Counted from the first letter of the stretch, positions 1 through 10,598 are shown. The stretch is DNA of 64,000 nt from Bradyrhizobium sp. (GCA_045811665.1 JBJMTO010000197.1:6613-70612), one strand, 5' to 3'. Notes: generated by a model not told the origin, from the letters alone. Translations and numbers: made by a program.

Positions 1-234
1 CAAGATGTCGATGCCGGTCATGTCCGGCAGATTCAAATCGAGCAAAATCAACAACGCCTGGCCCCTGTGATCAAGCCCGGAGCCATCGCTGCCGAACAGG
101 TAGTTTATCGCGTCCGTACCATTGGTGAAGGGTATGATTTCATTGTTGACACCGGATCTGCGAATATTTCGCTCGATCAGGCGGGCGTGGCCCGGATCGT
201 CCTCGATCATGATGATAGTGACGGGTTTGCTCAT
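1..234 (-). CDS. Single-domain response regulator receiver (partial, runs off window start)
   Basis: Not in the ORF track. Manual translation from ATG at 234 gives MSKPVTIIMIEDDPGHARLIERNIRRSG...LLILLDLNLPDMTGIDIL, with the receiver acidic pair and phospho-Asp motif. ATGA overlap with the kinase stop. Confidence 0.9.
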   Translation of the reverse strand, partial: MSKPVTIIMIEDDPGHARLIERNIRRSGVNNEIIPFTNGTDAINYLFGSDGSGLDHRGQALLILLDLNLPDMTGIDIL

Positions 235-1751
235 TTTTCTCTGTTCCGGTTACTGGTTGCCCAGGCGACGGGCAAGGTGATGACGAAGGTGCTGCCTTTG
301 TTGAGTTGCGATTCGACGGACATGGTTCCGCCCAGCCGCCGCACCAAGGCCCGCACATGGGCAAGGCCAATTCCCTGGCCTGGCTTGTCCTGAGCCCCGG
401 CGCGACGGAATAGTTCAAAGATCCGCTGATGGTCCTTCGGATCGATGCCTCGCCCGTTATCGGCCACCTCGAATATCGCAAAGCCCAGCTTGGGTCGGCC
501 GCGGATCGTGATCTCGCCGGGAACACCCGGCCTGAGGTATTTCAGCGCGTTATCGATCAGGTTGGAAAAGATCTGCTCCAGCGCGAGGCGGTCGCTGACG
601 ATGTCGGGTAGCGGCTCGATCCGGATCTCGGCTTGCGCCTCGGCGGCCTGGTGGGCAAGCGTAGCGACCACAGATTCAATCAATTCGCGGGTGTTGATGC
701 GTACCGGATCGAATTCGCGGCGTCCCTCCCGGGTCAGGTTGAGGATCGCTGTGATGAGGCGATCCATCTTGGCGATCGAAGACTTGATAAACCCGAGCGC
801 TTCGGAGAAATCCCGCGCGAGCTGCTTGTCGTGGCCCTCGAGCACCGGCTCGCTGACATCAGGGATTGCCGGCGCCGGCGCCGAACCGGCGGCACGACCG
901 AGTGCGGCGATCCGCTTGAAGATGTCGGTTCGCAGTTCCTCAAGTTCGCTCGTGAATCCCATGATGTTGACCAGCGGCGAACGCAAATCGTGGCTGACGA
1001 TGTAGGCGAAACGCTGGATTTCGTTATTGGCCTCCCGAAGGTCGGCGGTGCGCTCGTCGACCGTGGCCTCGAGATTCAGGTTGCTGTCCCGCAACAAAGC
1101 CTCGGCCTCGTCCCGTGCGCGGGCAGAGCGCCGCACCAAAAAAATAGAGAGCGCGGCGAGCGCGATCACCAGGCCGGAGCCGGCGATAGTTACCATGGAC
1201 GCCAGCTGCTGCGTGCGGTCAGCGCGCGCCGTTCGGAGCGCGAACAGCCGCTCTTCTTCGGCGCGCATCGTGAGCGCAAGATTTCGTATCGTCTCACTGA
1301 TTCCAGCTGCCGCCGCCTCGCGCACCAGGGCGACCGCGCGATCCGGTTGGTTCTGTTTCACGAAGTCCACTTCCTGAGCGAACTGCCGAAGCCGCGCTTC
1401 CACGGCCTGGCGCAACTTCCTGATGTTCTCGACCTGAAACGGATTGTCCGCCGTCAACCGTGCGAGTTTTTCGGCGTCGGGAATGATAGCTTGGACCGCA
1501 GCCTCATGATTACGCAGGAATTCCGGTCCCGCAGTGAGCAGAAAGCCCCGTGCGGCGCTTTCGGCTCGGCGAACTTCCAGCAGCAAGGTGTTGATCTGAT
1601 TTTCGACCTCGACGGTGTGCACCACACGGCTGCTGTCTTGCCGCGCCTTGTTGACGAGAACGATGGATGCGGCGCTGATCGCGACCAGCACCAGGAATCC
1701 CGCCGCAAGCAGCAGGATTTGCCAGATCGTGCGCCGGCGCGATGGCGTCAC
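231..1751 (-). CDS. Sensor histidine kinase, CHASE3-type periplasmic domain
   Basis: Two TM segments around a VHTVEV...AESAARGFLLT region; H-box SHDLRSPL, N-box NLIDNALKY, G boxes DNGRGI and GIGL. Confidence 0.9.
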   Translation of the reverse strand: MTPSRRRTIWQILLLAAGFLVLVAISAASIVLVNKARQDSSRVVHTVEVENQINTLLLEVRRAESAARGFLLTAGPEFLRNHEAAVQAIIPDAEKLARLTADNPFQVENIRKLRQAVEARLRQFAQEVDFVKQNQPDRAVALVREAAAAGISETIRNLALTMRAEEERLFALRTARADRTQQLASMVTIAGSGLVIALAALSIFLVRRSARARDEAEALLRDSNLNLEATVDERTADLREANNEIQRFAYIVSHDLRSPLVNIMGFTSELEELRTDIFKRIAALGRAAGSAPAPAIPDVSEPVLEGHDKQLARDFSEALGFIKSSIAKMDRLITAILNLTREGRREFDPVRINTRELIESVVATLAHQAAEAQAEIRIEPLPDIVSDRLALEQIFSNLIDNALKYLRPGVPGEITIRGRPKLGFAIFEVADNGRGIDPKDHQRIFELFRRAGAQDKPGQGIGLAHVRALVRRLGGTMSVESQLNKGSTFVITLPVAWATSNRNREK

Positions 1752-1816
1752 GACAATCTCACGTCCCGAAGTTGCGGAATCTAACAGTCCCCCCGCACGG
1801 CAAACGTTTCGGTTTG

Positions 1817-1841
1817 AACCGCTGGAGCGCCGTTTGGTTCC
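1817..1841 (-). promoter_or_regulatory. Putative sigma-EcfG (general stress) promoter of the kinase-regulator operon
   Basis: Minus strand reads GGAAC-N16-GGTT, about 65 nt upstream of the kinase start. Confidence 0.6.
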
Positions 1842-1871
1842 GGTCGACAGGTGTTTTTGGAACAGTCAGTC

Positions 1872-3221
1872 TCAGGCGGGCGGCTGGCCGTTCAGATACT
1901 GTTCGAGCCAGTGAATATGGTAATCGCCGTCAATAATGGCGGGTTCACGGACCAGCGCCCGAAACAGCGGCAACGTGGTCTCGATGCCTTCCACGACCAT
2001 CTCATCCAATGCGCGTCGCAACCGCATCAAGCACTCGGCGCGGGTTTTTCCGTGCACGATCAGCTTGCCGACCAGGGAGTCGTAATATGGCGGGATGACG
2101 TAGCCCTGGTAGACGGCGGAGTCTATCCGTACCCCAAGTCCGCCCGGCGGATGATATTGAAAAATCTTCCCGGGCGAGGGCCGGAAGGTGACGGGGTTTT
2201 CGGCATTGACCCGGCATTCGATGGAGTGGCCGACGATCATGACCTCGTCTTGAGTCATTGGCAGGTCGCCGCCGGCTGCGATCCGAATCTGCTCCAGCAC
2301 CAGATCGATGTCGGTGATCATTTCGGTTACGGGATGCTCAACCTGGATGCGGGTGTTCATCTCGATGAAGTAAAACTCGCCGTCCTCGTAGAGGAATTCC
2401 ACTGTGCCGACGCCGAGATATTTCATCTGCTGCATCGCTTGGGCGACCGTCGTGCCGATTTGTTTGCGCGCTGCTACATCGAGTGCGGGCGAGGGGCCTT
2501 CTTCCCAGACTTTCTGGTGACGGCGTTGCAGCGAGCAGTCGCGCTCGCCTAAATGGATTGCAGCACCGCGGCCGTCGCCGAGCACCTGGATTTCGATGTG
2601 ACGCGGCTTTTGCAGGTATTTTTCGAGATACACCGAGGCGTCACCGAATGCCGACTTGGCTTCGTTTGCCGCCGTCGAAAGCGCGAGCATCAAGTCGCCT
2701 TCGGTTTGAGCGACCTTCATACCGCGCCCGCCGCCGCCTGAGGCCGCCTTGACGAGCACCGGAAAGCCGATTGCTTGCGCGATCGCCATGGCATCCTCAT
2801 TGGGCCCGACGGCCCCCTCGGAGCCCGGCACCACCGGGATGCCAAGCTTCTTGGCGGTTTTCTTGGCCTCGATCTTGTCTCCCATCAGCCGGATATGTTC
2901 AGCCTTGGGCCCGATGAAATGCAAATTGTGCTCGGCCAGGATTTCGGCGAAACGCGCGTTTTCCGAGAGGAAGCCGTAACCAGGATGCACGGCGTCGGCG
3001 CCTGTGATCTCGCAAGCGGCGAGCAAAGCCGGCACGTTGAGGTAACTGTCTTTCGATGGCGGTGGACCGATGCAGACGCTCTCGTCGGCGAGGCGAACAT
3101 GCATCGCGTCGGCATCGGCGGTTGAATGCACCGCGACCGTGGCGATGCCCAACTCCTTGCACGCGCGCAAGATGCGCAACGCGATCTCGCCGCGATTGGC
3201 TATCAGGATCTTGTCGAACAT
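1872..3221 (-). CDS. accC: Acetyl-CoA carboxylase biotin carboxylase subunit
   Basis: MFDKILIANRGEIA, HPGYGFLSEN, GGGGRG, ERDCSLQRRHQK and MNTRIQVEH motifs. Confidence 0.97.
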   Translation of the reverse strand: MFDKILIANRGEIALRILRACKELGIATVAVHSTADADAMHVRLADESVCIGPPPSKDSYLNVPALLAACEITGADAVHPGYGFLSENARFAEILAEHNLHFIGPKAEHIRLMGDKIEAKKTAKKLGIPVVPGSEGAVGPNEDAMAIAQAIGFPVLVKAASGGGGRGMKVAQTEGDLMLALSTAANEAKSAFGDASVYLEKYLQKPRHIEIQVLGDGRGAAIHLGERDCSLQRRHQKVWEEGPSPALDVAARKQIGTTVAQAMQQMKYLGVGTVEFLYEDGEFYFIEMNTRIQVEHPVTEMITDIDLVLEQIRIAAGGDLPMTQDEVMIVGHSIECRVNAENPVTFRPSPGKIFQYHPPGGLGVRIDSAVYQGYVIPPYYDSLVGKLIVHGKTRAECLMRLRRALDEMVVEGIETTLPLFRALVREPAIIDGDYHIHWLEQYLNGQPPA

Positions 3222-3245
3222 CGCGGCGCCTGAGGTTGACGGATT

Positions 3246-3731
3246 CTATTCAATGATGACCAGCGGTTCGCCGAATTCGACCGGCTGACCGTCCTCGACG
3301 AGAATCTGGGTAACCACGCCCGCGCGCGGCGAGGGGATCTGGTTCATCGTTTTCATTGCTTCGATGATGACCAGCGTCTGCCCGATCGCCACCTTGGCGC
3401 CAACCTCGATGAACGGCTTCGCTCCGGGTTCGGAAGCCCAATAAGCGGTGCCTACCATCGGCGAGGGCACGATGCCGGGATGCTTGGCGAGTTCGGCGAT
3501 CGCAAGCGGAGCGGCGGCAAGCGCGGGCGCCGACGCGGCGACGCCTGCATAGCCGGCCGGCATCGATACGGCCATCGTACTGTTGCGGGCCACGCGCACC
3601 CGCAAGCCGGCGCGCTCGATCTCGATCTCAGTGAGATTGGTTTCGTCCAGCAGCAACGCCAGTTCGCGTATCAGCGAGTTGTCATCGCTTTTCGATTTAG
3701 CGGCTGTCTTTTCCTCAGGCTGGCGCGCCAT
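3246..3731 (-). CDS. accB: Acetyl-CoA carboxylase biotin carboxyl carrier protein
   Basis: SPMVGT and EAMKTMN biotinylation motif; start placed at MARQPEE. Confidence 0.95.
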   Translation of the reverse strand: MARQPEEKTAAKSKSDDNSLIRELALLLDETNLTEIEIERAGLRVRVARNSTMAVSMPAGYAGVAASAPALAAAPLAIAELAKHPGIVPSPMVGTAYWASEPGAKPFIEVGAKVAIGQTLVIIEAMKTMNQIPSPRAGVVTQILVEDGQPVEFGEPLVIIE

Positions 3732-3768
3732 GGTGTTCAATCCGGAATTCTGGAGGGAGGCGGATACG

Positions 3769-4236
3769 TCAGGCTTTTGCCTTGATCCCAATCTTGGCGG
3801 CAAGGCCGTTGATCGCGAGCCGGTAACCGTCGATGCCAAAGCCGCTCAGCGTGGCGAAAGCAGCGCGGGCAGTGAAGGAGTGATGACGGAAGTTCTCGCG
3901 TGCATAGATGTTGCTGATGTGCACTTCGATCGCTGGAGTTTTCACCGCCACAAGCGCATCGTGCAGCGCGATCGACGTGTGGGAGTATCCCCCGGCGTTG
4001 ATGACGATCCCGGCTGCCTTGACGGCATGGGCCTCGTGGATGAAGTCGATCAACTCGCCTTCTCGGCTGGACTGCCGGCAATCGGCTTTCAGCCCGAACA
4101 GCGCTGATGTGTCGGCGCAGAGTTTCTCGATGTCTGCAAGCGTCGCACGTCCGTAGGTCTCGGGCTCGCGGGTCCCCAATAGATTGAGGTTCGGACCGTT
4201 AAGCACGTAAATTGTGTCCGCAAGACTTTTGACCAT
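3769..4236 (-). CDS. aroQ: Type II 3-dehydroquinate dehydratase
   Basis: [18 protein letters not shown] and EVHISN motifs; conserved aroQ-accB-accC order. Confidence 0.95.
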   Translation of the reverse strand: MVKSLADTIYVLNGPNLNLLGTREPETYGRATLADIEKLCADTSALFGLKADCRQSSREGELIDFIHEAHAVKAAGIVINAGGYSHTSIALHDALVAVKTPAIEVHISNIYARENFRHHSFTARAAFATLSGFGIDGYRLAINGLAAKIGIKAKA

Positions 4237-4417
4237 CAAAATCCCGGCAATGTGGCGGCAGGTGGCCGGGTTATAGGTAACAACAGCGGCAAGGGGAAGC
4301 CTCTAGGGCCGCCATCGGATGCGTCAGATACGTCGTCCCGGTGGAAAAAGGCATGCAGAAGCCGGGAAGGTGCTCGTTAACCAATGCAGGGATATGGCTT
4401 CCGCGCTAGCACAAACG

Positions 4418-4443
4418 AAAAGGGCGGGCATTTCTGCCCGCCC
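4418..4443 (-). terminator. Intrinsic terminator after the DUF1236-like gene
   Basis: GGGCGGGCA-GAAA-TGCCCGCCC followed by TTTT on the minus strand. Confidence 0.8.
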
Positions 4444-4465
4444 GAACCCAGGACAATTCTGGGGT

Positions 4466-5380
4466 TTATGCTTCCAGTACAGCTACGATCTCGAGCGTGC
4501 GCGGATCAACCACCACGATCTGGTCGCGGACGAGGAAGTACTCATAACCGCGCCATTCCGGATAGAACGTCACGATTTGTGACGGGAGCCGATGGAAACG
4601 CACGTTGCGCGGGACACGGGTTCCGACCGAGATCGAGAAGTTGACGCGATCCACCGGGCGAACATGCTGCTGCCTGATCACGCTTGTGATCCGGGTGCGC
4701 TGCTCGGTTGAAAGCCTTGCGCCGCCACCGGCCTGACCGGTCGTGATCTGCGAGCGACCTTCTCGCGATTCCGTGTTCACGCTTCCGCCACGCCCTTCAC
4801 GGGTGTCGACGCTGCGATTGACGTCACGGCCTTCGCGCCCTTCGGCCTTCATGCCCCTGCGGTCTTCACGATCGCGGCCCTCAGCTTTCATGCCGTCCCG
4901 GCCTTCGCGTCCTTCGGCCTTCATGCCTCTGCGGTCTTCACGATCGCGGCCCTCGGCCTTCATGCCGTCGCGGTCCTGGCGGCCTTCGGCCTTCATGCCT
5001 TTTCGGTCCTCACGATCGCGACCTTCGGCCTTCATGCCGTCACGCCCTTCGCGTCCTTCGGCCTTCATGTTGCCGCCTCGGCCGCGGTCGCCCGAGGTCA
5101 TGCCCTTCGACTGCTGACCTTGTGTGCCTTCGCTGCGGTCGCCCTTACCGGTCGTCCCCGACCTCTGCTCGGATTGGCTGGACTTCATGCCCGATGACGG
5201 GCCGCTCGATCCGGTCGCGTCACGGTTCTGCGTGCTTGCGCCGGACGAAGGCGCGCTCTGCTGAGCGGACGAACCCGACTGCCCCTGTTGGCCCATTCCG
5301 CCGCTTCCCTGCGCGTGGGCGAACCCCGCGCCCGCGATCAGCGCCGCGGCTGCTACCGAAATCATATAGCGATTGATCAT
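4466..5380 (-). CDS. Secreted low-complexity protein with C-terminal DUF1236-like domain
   Basis: Signal peptide ending AHA, Gly/Ser/Arg/Glu-rich middle, and C-terminal ISVGTRVP...YPEWRGYEYF...IVVVDPRT. Confidence 0.8.
   Translation of the reverse strand: MINRYMISVAAAALIAGAGFAHAQGSGGMGQQGQSGSSAQQSAPSSGASTQNRDATGSSGPSSGMKSSQSEQRSGTTGKGDRSEGTQGQQSKGMTSGDRGRGGNMKAEGREGRDGMKAEGRDREDRKGMKAEGRQDRDGMKAEGRDREDRRGMKAEGREGRDGMKAEGRDREDRRGMKAEGREGRDVNRSVDTREGRGGSVNTESREGRSQITTGQAGGGARLSTEQRTRITSVIRQQHVRPVDRVNFSISVGTRVPRNVRFHRLPSQIVTFYPEWRGYEYFLVRDQIVVVDPRTLEIVAVLEA
4820..5068 (-). repeat. In-frame tandem repeat: seven MKAEGR units, alternating 33 and 39 nt
   Basis: Recurrent CCTTCGGCCTTCATG on the plus strand; first and last Met are 216 nt apart (3 x 72). 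Confidence 0.9.
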
Positions 5381-5420
5381 TGAGTGTCTCCTCACGTCTG
5401 TTGGCATTGCCCGCGCCGAC

Positions 5421-5445
5421 AACGAAAGGACTGGGGAGGGGTTCC
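5421..5445 (-). promoter_or_regulatory. Sigma-EcfG-type promoter of the DUF1236-like gene
   Basis: Exact GGAAC-N16-CGTT on the minus strand, 40 nt upstream of the ATG; GAGGAG RBS downstream. Confidence 0.75.
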
Positions 5446-5583
5446 CAGGAACGGCAGGTTCCATCCGGTTTGTTTTCTAAACGCGCGATGAACAGGCTTG
5501 CCGCAATTGCCCAAAAATCATTCGCGTGAGATTGCAAACGCAATGCTCGTCTCGCGAACAGACGGTTTTGCTTGAAGTAGCGC

Positions 5584-6351
5584 TCAGCAAGTCGCCTTGC
5601 CGCAGCGCGCGATGCCGATCTTTTCTTTCAGGCTTTCGACACCGACCGCGCCGATCACCACCTGGTTGCCGATCACGTAGCTGGGCGTGCCGTTCATTCC
5701 CATCGATTCAGCCAGCTTGAAGTTCTCTTCGATGGTGGCGCGCACTTCCGGGCTGCTGAGATCCTTCTCGATCTTGGCGGTATCGAGCCCGGCCTCCTTG
5801 GCTGCCGCCAGCGCGTGCGCCTTGTCGGCTTGACCCCGACCACTAAGCAGCCGCTGGTGGAAGTCGAGATATTTCTTGCCAGTCGGATCTTGCATGCGCA
5901 CCGCCACTCCAACCTGCGCAGCTTCTATCGACGCCTGACTCAGGACGGGGAATTCCTTCAATACGACCTTCAGTTTGGGATCCGCCTTCATCAGCTCCAA
6001 CATGTCCGTCATCGCACGTTTGCAGTAGCCGCAGTTGTAGTCGAAGAACTCGACGAAGGTGACGTCGCCGTCCTTGTTGCCAAGCACGACTCCGCGCGGG
6101 GAGTTGAAAATCGTCTGGGCGTTCTTGGCTATGCCTGCCTCATGCTTCGCCGCCTCGGCGGCGACCTGGCGCTTGTTAAGTTCGGCCATCGCCTCTTCCA
6201 ATACCTCGGGATGAGCGATCAGGTAGTTCCTGACCATGCTCTCGATCTCGCCGCGCTGGCTGTCGGAGAAGCTCTGCGCCGATGCGTTCGGAGGCATGCC
6301 GCACAAGGCGAACGCGAGCAAGGCGGGAAGGAGCAAGCGGAACGAAGGCAT
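5584..6351 (-). CDS. DsbA-family thiol-disulfide oxidoreductase
   Basis: Signal peptide, FFDYNCGYC active site and GTP cis-Pro motif. Confidence 0.92.
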   Translation of the reverse strand: MPSFRLLLPALLAFALCGMPPNASAQSFSDSQRGEIESMVRNYLIAHPEVLEEAMAELNKRQVAAEAAKHEAGIAKNAQTIFNSPRGVVLGNKDGDVTFVEFFDYNCGYCKRAMTDMLELMKADPKLKVVLKEFPVLSQASIEAAQVGVAVRMQDPTGKKYLDFHQRLLSGRGQADKAHALAAAKEAGLDTAKIEKDLSSPEVRATIEENFKLAESMGMNGTPSYVIGNQVVIGAVGVESLKEKIGIARCGKATC

Positions 6352-6395
6352 AGGCAGAATCCTTTAGGTCAAATCGGGCAACAGGCCCTGTCAAT

Positions 6396-7802
6396 TTAGT
6401 TGCTCTTCTGCCCCGGCAATAGCTTTGCAGCAACAATATCGTCGGCCTTGACCCAGCCGGGGGTGCCGATGGCGAATCGGGTTTTCGCGCGTGAAGCCAG
6501 TTCGCGTGCGGTCTTGTTATCGCCACGAAGGTAGGCGGCCTGGGCCGATGCGAGGTCGGCCTCCGCATAGTCACCCTTACGGCCGTATGCCATCGCCAAC
6601 TGAGTATATCCTATCGGAGCCTCCGTCTCGCGCGCCACAGCCGCGCGAAGCAACGAAATCGCCTCGTCGGTGTACGCCTTGTTGGCGGTCCCGACGAGCG
6701 CCTGGCCCAGTAACATCTCGATCAGCGGGGAATTGTTGGATAGCTGCACCGCCTTCCGCAGCGGAGCGATGGCCTCGGCCGGCTTGCCGCCCTCAAGGAG
6801 AGCCTGGCCCCGCAATTCATGGAAGTAGGGGTTGTTCGGCTGGAGCTGGATCAGTCCATCGATCTGGGCGAGTGCGGAGCGAAGGTCTCCATGCAGGTAG
6901 GTGGCAATCGCGTGCGCGTACCGAGATGGAAGAGTTTCGCTCGACATCGGGTAGCGCCGATACACGGTGTCCTGGCGCTCCATGAACGCGGAGATTTTGG
7001 CCCGCACCATGTCATGACGGAGCTGCAAGGCCGGCTCGTCCTTCTTGTCCCAATAGGGACTCGAACGTGCCAATTCCTCAAGCCCCGCAACGCGCTCGGC
7101 CGGCATCGGATGGGACTGCAGGTACGGATCGGCGCCACGAGCGGCGAACATGCTGTCACTCGTGAATCGTTTGAAAGTCTCGTACATGCCTCTGGCGGAT
7201 TGGCCGTTCGCAGTCAAAAACTTTACGCCTGCCCGGTCTGCGTTTTCCTCTTGCTGGCGCACATAGGAGATCAGCGTGCGGCGGATCATCTCCTGTGGGC
7301 CGGACACGGCGGCTGCTCCGGCATTGGCCAAGCCGCTATTGGTGTTGCCGCCTCTGGCGCCGGCCACCATCGCGCCTGCGCCGAGCAGCATGGCGATCAC
7401 CATCTGGGTCTGTGCGCGGGCCATTTGCTCGCGCATCTTGGCAAGATGACCCCCGGCAAGATGCCCTGTTTCATGCGCCAGCACGCCGATGATCTGGTTC
7501 GGTGTTTCCGATTGCATGATCGCGCCATGGTTCACGAAGATGCGGCGACCGTCGGCGACAAAAGCGTTGAAAGCACCTTCGTTGAGAATGACTACCTGGA
7601 TGTTCTGCTTTTCCAGACCGGCCGCGCGCAGGATCGGCCGCGTGTACTCGCGCAGCAATTGCTCGGCCTCGGTGTCGCGGATCACGCGGGGACTTTTTTC
7701 CTGTGCGGACGCCGGTGTGATCGGCCATAGCGCGAGCGCTGCCGCCGTCGTAACGGCTGTCAATTTCCAGGATTTCTTGCGCAATGCGAGGCGAAGCAGC
7801 AT
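6396..7802 (-). CDS. M48-family metalloprotease with TPR repeats (BepA/YfgC-like)
   Basis: NAF, HETGH (HExxH), EENAD and SHP motifs; TPR-like C-terminus; start placed at MLLRLAL. Confidence 0.9.
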   Translation of the reverse strand: MLLRLALRKKSWKLTAVTTAAALALWPITPASAQEKSPRVIRDTEAEQLLREYTRPILRAAGLEKQNIQVVILNEGAFNAFVADGRRIFVNHGAIMQSETPNQIIGVLAHETGHLAGGHLAKMREQMARAQTQMVIAMLLGAGAMVAGARGGNTNSGLANAGAAAVSGPQEMIRRTLISYVRQQEENADRAGVKFLTANGQSARGMYETFKRFTSDSMFAARGADPYLQSHPMPAERVAGLEELARSSPYWDKKDEPALQLRHDMVRAKISAFMERQDTVYRRYPMSSETLPSRYAHAIATYLHGDLRSALAQIDGLIQLQPNNPYFHELRGQALLEGGKPAEAIAPLRKAVQLSNNSPLIEMLLGQALVGTANKAYTDEAISLLRAAVARETEAPIGYTQLAMAYGRKGDYAEADLASAQAAYLRGDNKTARELASRAKTRFAIGTPGWVKADDIVAAKLLPGQKSN

Positions 7803-7901
7803 CAGGGTCTTTATTCGTTGGCGGGGAAGCGGATCGGAGCTATGCCTACCAAACGACGGAATACGGCTAGTCTGGGGCACCGAGCGAAATAGCAGATCAC
7901 G

Positions 7902-9089
7902 ATGCTGGAAGCGACACTTAGAGAACGCGCAAAAGGCCTGATGATGGCCTCGGGACGAGGCGATGTTCCGCCATTCATGGTGATGGATGTGATGGCGGCG
8001 GCGGCGCGCCTGGAGGCCGCCGGAAAGCACGTCGTTCACATGGAAGTCGGCCAACCCTGGGCCCCGGCGCCGAAACCGGCTATTTCAGCCGCCCAAGCGG
8101 CGCTCGAAGGTACGCGGATCGACTACACCTCGGCGCTCGGCGTGACCTCGTTGCGGTCGCGCATCGCCAGACATTACCGCGAGACCTACGGCTGCGAGGT
8201 GGATCCCGAGCGCGTCGTGATCACTACGGGATCTTCAGGTGCATTCATCCTGGCGTTTCTGGCGATGTTCGAGCCCGGCGATCGGGTGGCGGTCACCGTG
8301 CCGGGTTATCCGCCGTACCGGCACATCCTGAGTGCGCTCGGATGCGAGCCGGTGCTGATTGAGACATCGAGCGAAAACCGGCATGCGCTGACGGGGGAGG
8401 CGTTGCTCGCGGCACATCGTAAGAGGCCACTGAAGGGAGTACTGGTCGCAAGCCCGGCCAATCCCACCGGCACGATGATGTCCAGGGAGGCGCTCGCCGA
8501 TGTCATCGGAGCCGCTGAAGGAGCAGGCATTCGTTTCATTTCCGACGAAATATACCACGGGCTCGACTATGCATTCGCCGCGACGACCGCCACTGAGCTT
8601 TCCCCGCATGCGGTCGTGATCAATTCGTTCTCCAAATATTTCTGCATGACCGGCTGGCGCGTGGGCTGGATGGTAGTCCCGGAGCCCCTGGTACGGCCGA
8701 TCGAGCGATTGCAGCAGAATCTTGCGATTTCGGTGCCTACGCTCTCGCAGATTGCGGCCGAAGCGGCGTTCGAGGGACGCGAGGAAATGGAGGCGGTGAA
8801 ACACGGCTATGAGGAAAATCGCCGCGTCCTGATCGAGGGACTGCCGCGCGCCGGGCTCGACAAGTTTCTGCCAGCCGATGGGGCGTTTTACCTGTACGCG
8901 GACGTCTCCGCATTCACCTCCGACAGTCTCGACTTTGCCAAGCAAATGCTGGAGCAGGCACATGTCGCGGCAACACCGGGCATCGATTTCGATCCGGTTC
9001 GAGGCCATCAATTCATACGCTTTTCCTACGCGCGTTCAGTCGAGGACATGCGCGAAGCCGTCGCCCGCATTGGACGTTGGCTCGGGTAG
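7902..9089 (+). CDS. PLP-dependent class I/II aminotransferase
   Basis: SPANPTG, DEIY and SFSKYFCMTGWRVG motifs. Confidence 0.92.
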   Translation: MLEATLRERAKGLMMASGRGDVPPFMVMDVMAAAARLEAAGKHVVHMEVGQPWAPAPKPAISAAQAALEGTRIDYTSALGVTSLRSRIARHYRETYGCEVDPERVVITTGSSGAFILAFLAMFEPGDRVAVTVPGYPPYRHILSALGCEPVLIETSSENRHALTGEALLAAHRKRPLKGVLVASPANPTGTMMSREALADVIGAAEGAGIRFISDEIYHGLDYAFAATTATELSPHAVVINSFSKYFCMTGWRVGWMVVPEPLVRPIERLQQNLAISVPTLSQIAAEAAFEGREEMEAVKHGYEENRRVLIEGLPRAGLDKFLPADGAFYLYADVSAFTSDSLDFAKQMLEQAHVAATPGIDFDPVRGHQFIRFSYARSVEDMREAVARIGRWLG

Positions 9090-9278
9090 GCGTACGCCGC
9101 CGCGCAAGATATACGGCTAAGCGGCAGACATCAGCGCAACGGGTTGGCTATCAAATATGCCGGGGGGTATCGAGCTGCCTCATTGACTCCGATCAGGCAA
9201 TTGATCTTGGCTGTAGCCCTTGGACGACCGTCGGGAACGATGGGTCGATCCCTGTGTTCTCAGCGGGGAGTGAACGTC

Positions 9279-10598
9279 ATGACGGCTGTGACCAGCTCGC
9301 AAGTTCGCGCGGCTAAACCCTGGTACAAGATCCTCTATCTCCAGGTGCTGATTGCCATCATCGTCGGCGTCCTCGTGGGCTGGCTCTGGCCCGATTTCGC
9401 CACTAACGACTGGATCAAGGCGCTTGGTGACGGCTTCATCAAGCTGATCAAAATGGTGATCGCGCCGATCATCTTCTGCACCGTCGTGTCAGGGATCGCA
9501 CATATCCAGGACGCCCGGAAAGTCGGCCGCGTCGGCGTAAAGGCGCTGATCTACTTCGAGGTCGTGTCGTCGTTTGCCCTCATCCTGGGTCTTATCGTCG
9601 GGAATCTTATTCCCGTCGGGCAGGGGCTTGCGGCCAAGCCGGATGCCGCAGCGGTCGCCACTTACGTCAAGCAGGCGGAAGCCCACAAGTCCGTCGACTT
9701 CGTCCTCAACATCATTCCCGACAGCGTTGTTGGCGCATTGGCGCGGGGAGACATACTCCAGGTGCTGCTGTTCGCTATTCTGTTCGGTTTTGCCCTGATG
9801 GCGCTCGGCGAACGCGGCCACCGCCTGCGTGACGTCATCGACGACACCGCGCATGGAGTGTTCGGCGTCATCGCGATCGTCATGAAGGCGGCGCCGATCG
9901 GGGCCTTTGGCGCGATGGCCTATACTATTGGCAAATACGGGCCGGCAGCGCTTGGCAACCTTGTAGGGCTGATTGCCGTGTTCTATGCGACGGCGGCGCT
10001 GTTCGTCTTCGTGGTGCTCGGCCTGATTGCGCGGTTCGTCGGCTTCAGCATTTTCAGGTTCCTCGCCTATATCAAGGACGAACTTCTGATCGTGCTCGGC
10101 ACCAGTTCATCGGAAAGCGCGCTCCCGCAGCTCATGGAGAAGCTGGAGCGGCTTGGCTGCTCCAAGCCGGTGGTCGGATTGGTGGTGCCGACCGGGTACT
10201 CATTCAATCTGGACGGCACTAACATCTACATGACGCTCGCCACGCTGTTTATCGCCCAGGCCCTCGGGGTCGAACTTTCGTTCACCCAGCAGGCAACCAT
10301 CCTGGTGGTGGCCATGCTGACGTCAAAGGGCGCGAGCGGCGTGACCGGCGCGGGTTTCATCACGCTGGCCGCGACGCTGACGGTCGTCAACCCGGTGCTG
10401 GTGCCCGGCATGGCGATCGTGTTTTCCGTGGACAAGTTCATGAGCGAGGTTCGCGCGCTCACCAACATCACCGGCAACGGCATCGCCGCCGTGTTTGTGT
10501 CCTGGTGGGAAGGCGAACTCGATTACGACAAGCTGCACGTCAACCTCAACAAAGCAATCGATCCGTCCGACGTGGAGACGGCGATTACCACGGGCTGA
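9279..10598 (+). CDS. dctA: C4-dicarboxylate/H+ symporter
   Basis: [22 protein letters not shown] and [10 protein letters not shown] motifs; GGGGAG RBS before the ATG at 9279. Confidence 0.92.
   Translation: MTAVTSSQVRAAKPWYKILYLQVLIAIIVGVLVGWLWPDFATNDWIKALGDGFIKLIKMVIAPIIFCTVVSGIAHIQDARKVGRVGVKALIYFEVVSSFALILGLIVGNLIPVGQGLAAKPDAAAVATYVKQAEAHKSVDFVLNIIPDSVVGALARGDILQVLLFAILFGFALMALGERGHRLRDVIDDTAHGVFGVIAIVMKAAPIGAFGAMAYTIGKYGPAALGNLVGLIAVFYATAALFVFVVLGLIARFVGFSIFRFLAYIKDELLIVLGTSSSESALPQLMEKLERLGCSKPVVGLVVPTGYSFNLDGTNIYMTLATLFIAQALGVELSFTQQATILVVAMLTSKGASGVTGAGFITLAATLTVVNPVLVPGMAIVFSVDKFMSEVRALTNITGNGIAAVFVSWWEGELDYDKLHVNLNKAIDPSDVETAITTG

Noticed and set aside
4820-5068. CRISPR-like periodic repeats
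   Set aside because: In-frame coding repeats with non-unique 'spacers' and no cas genes.
9145-9160. Possible sigma54 promoter (TGGC...TGC) upstream of dctA
   Set aside because: GG-to-GC spacing is 11 nt rather than the required 10.
9183-9196. FixK2/FNR-like TTGA-N6-TCAG upstream of dctA
   Set aside because: Mismatch in the conserved half-site and no supporting promoter.
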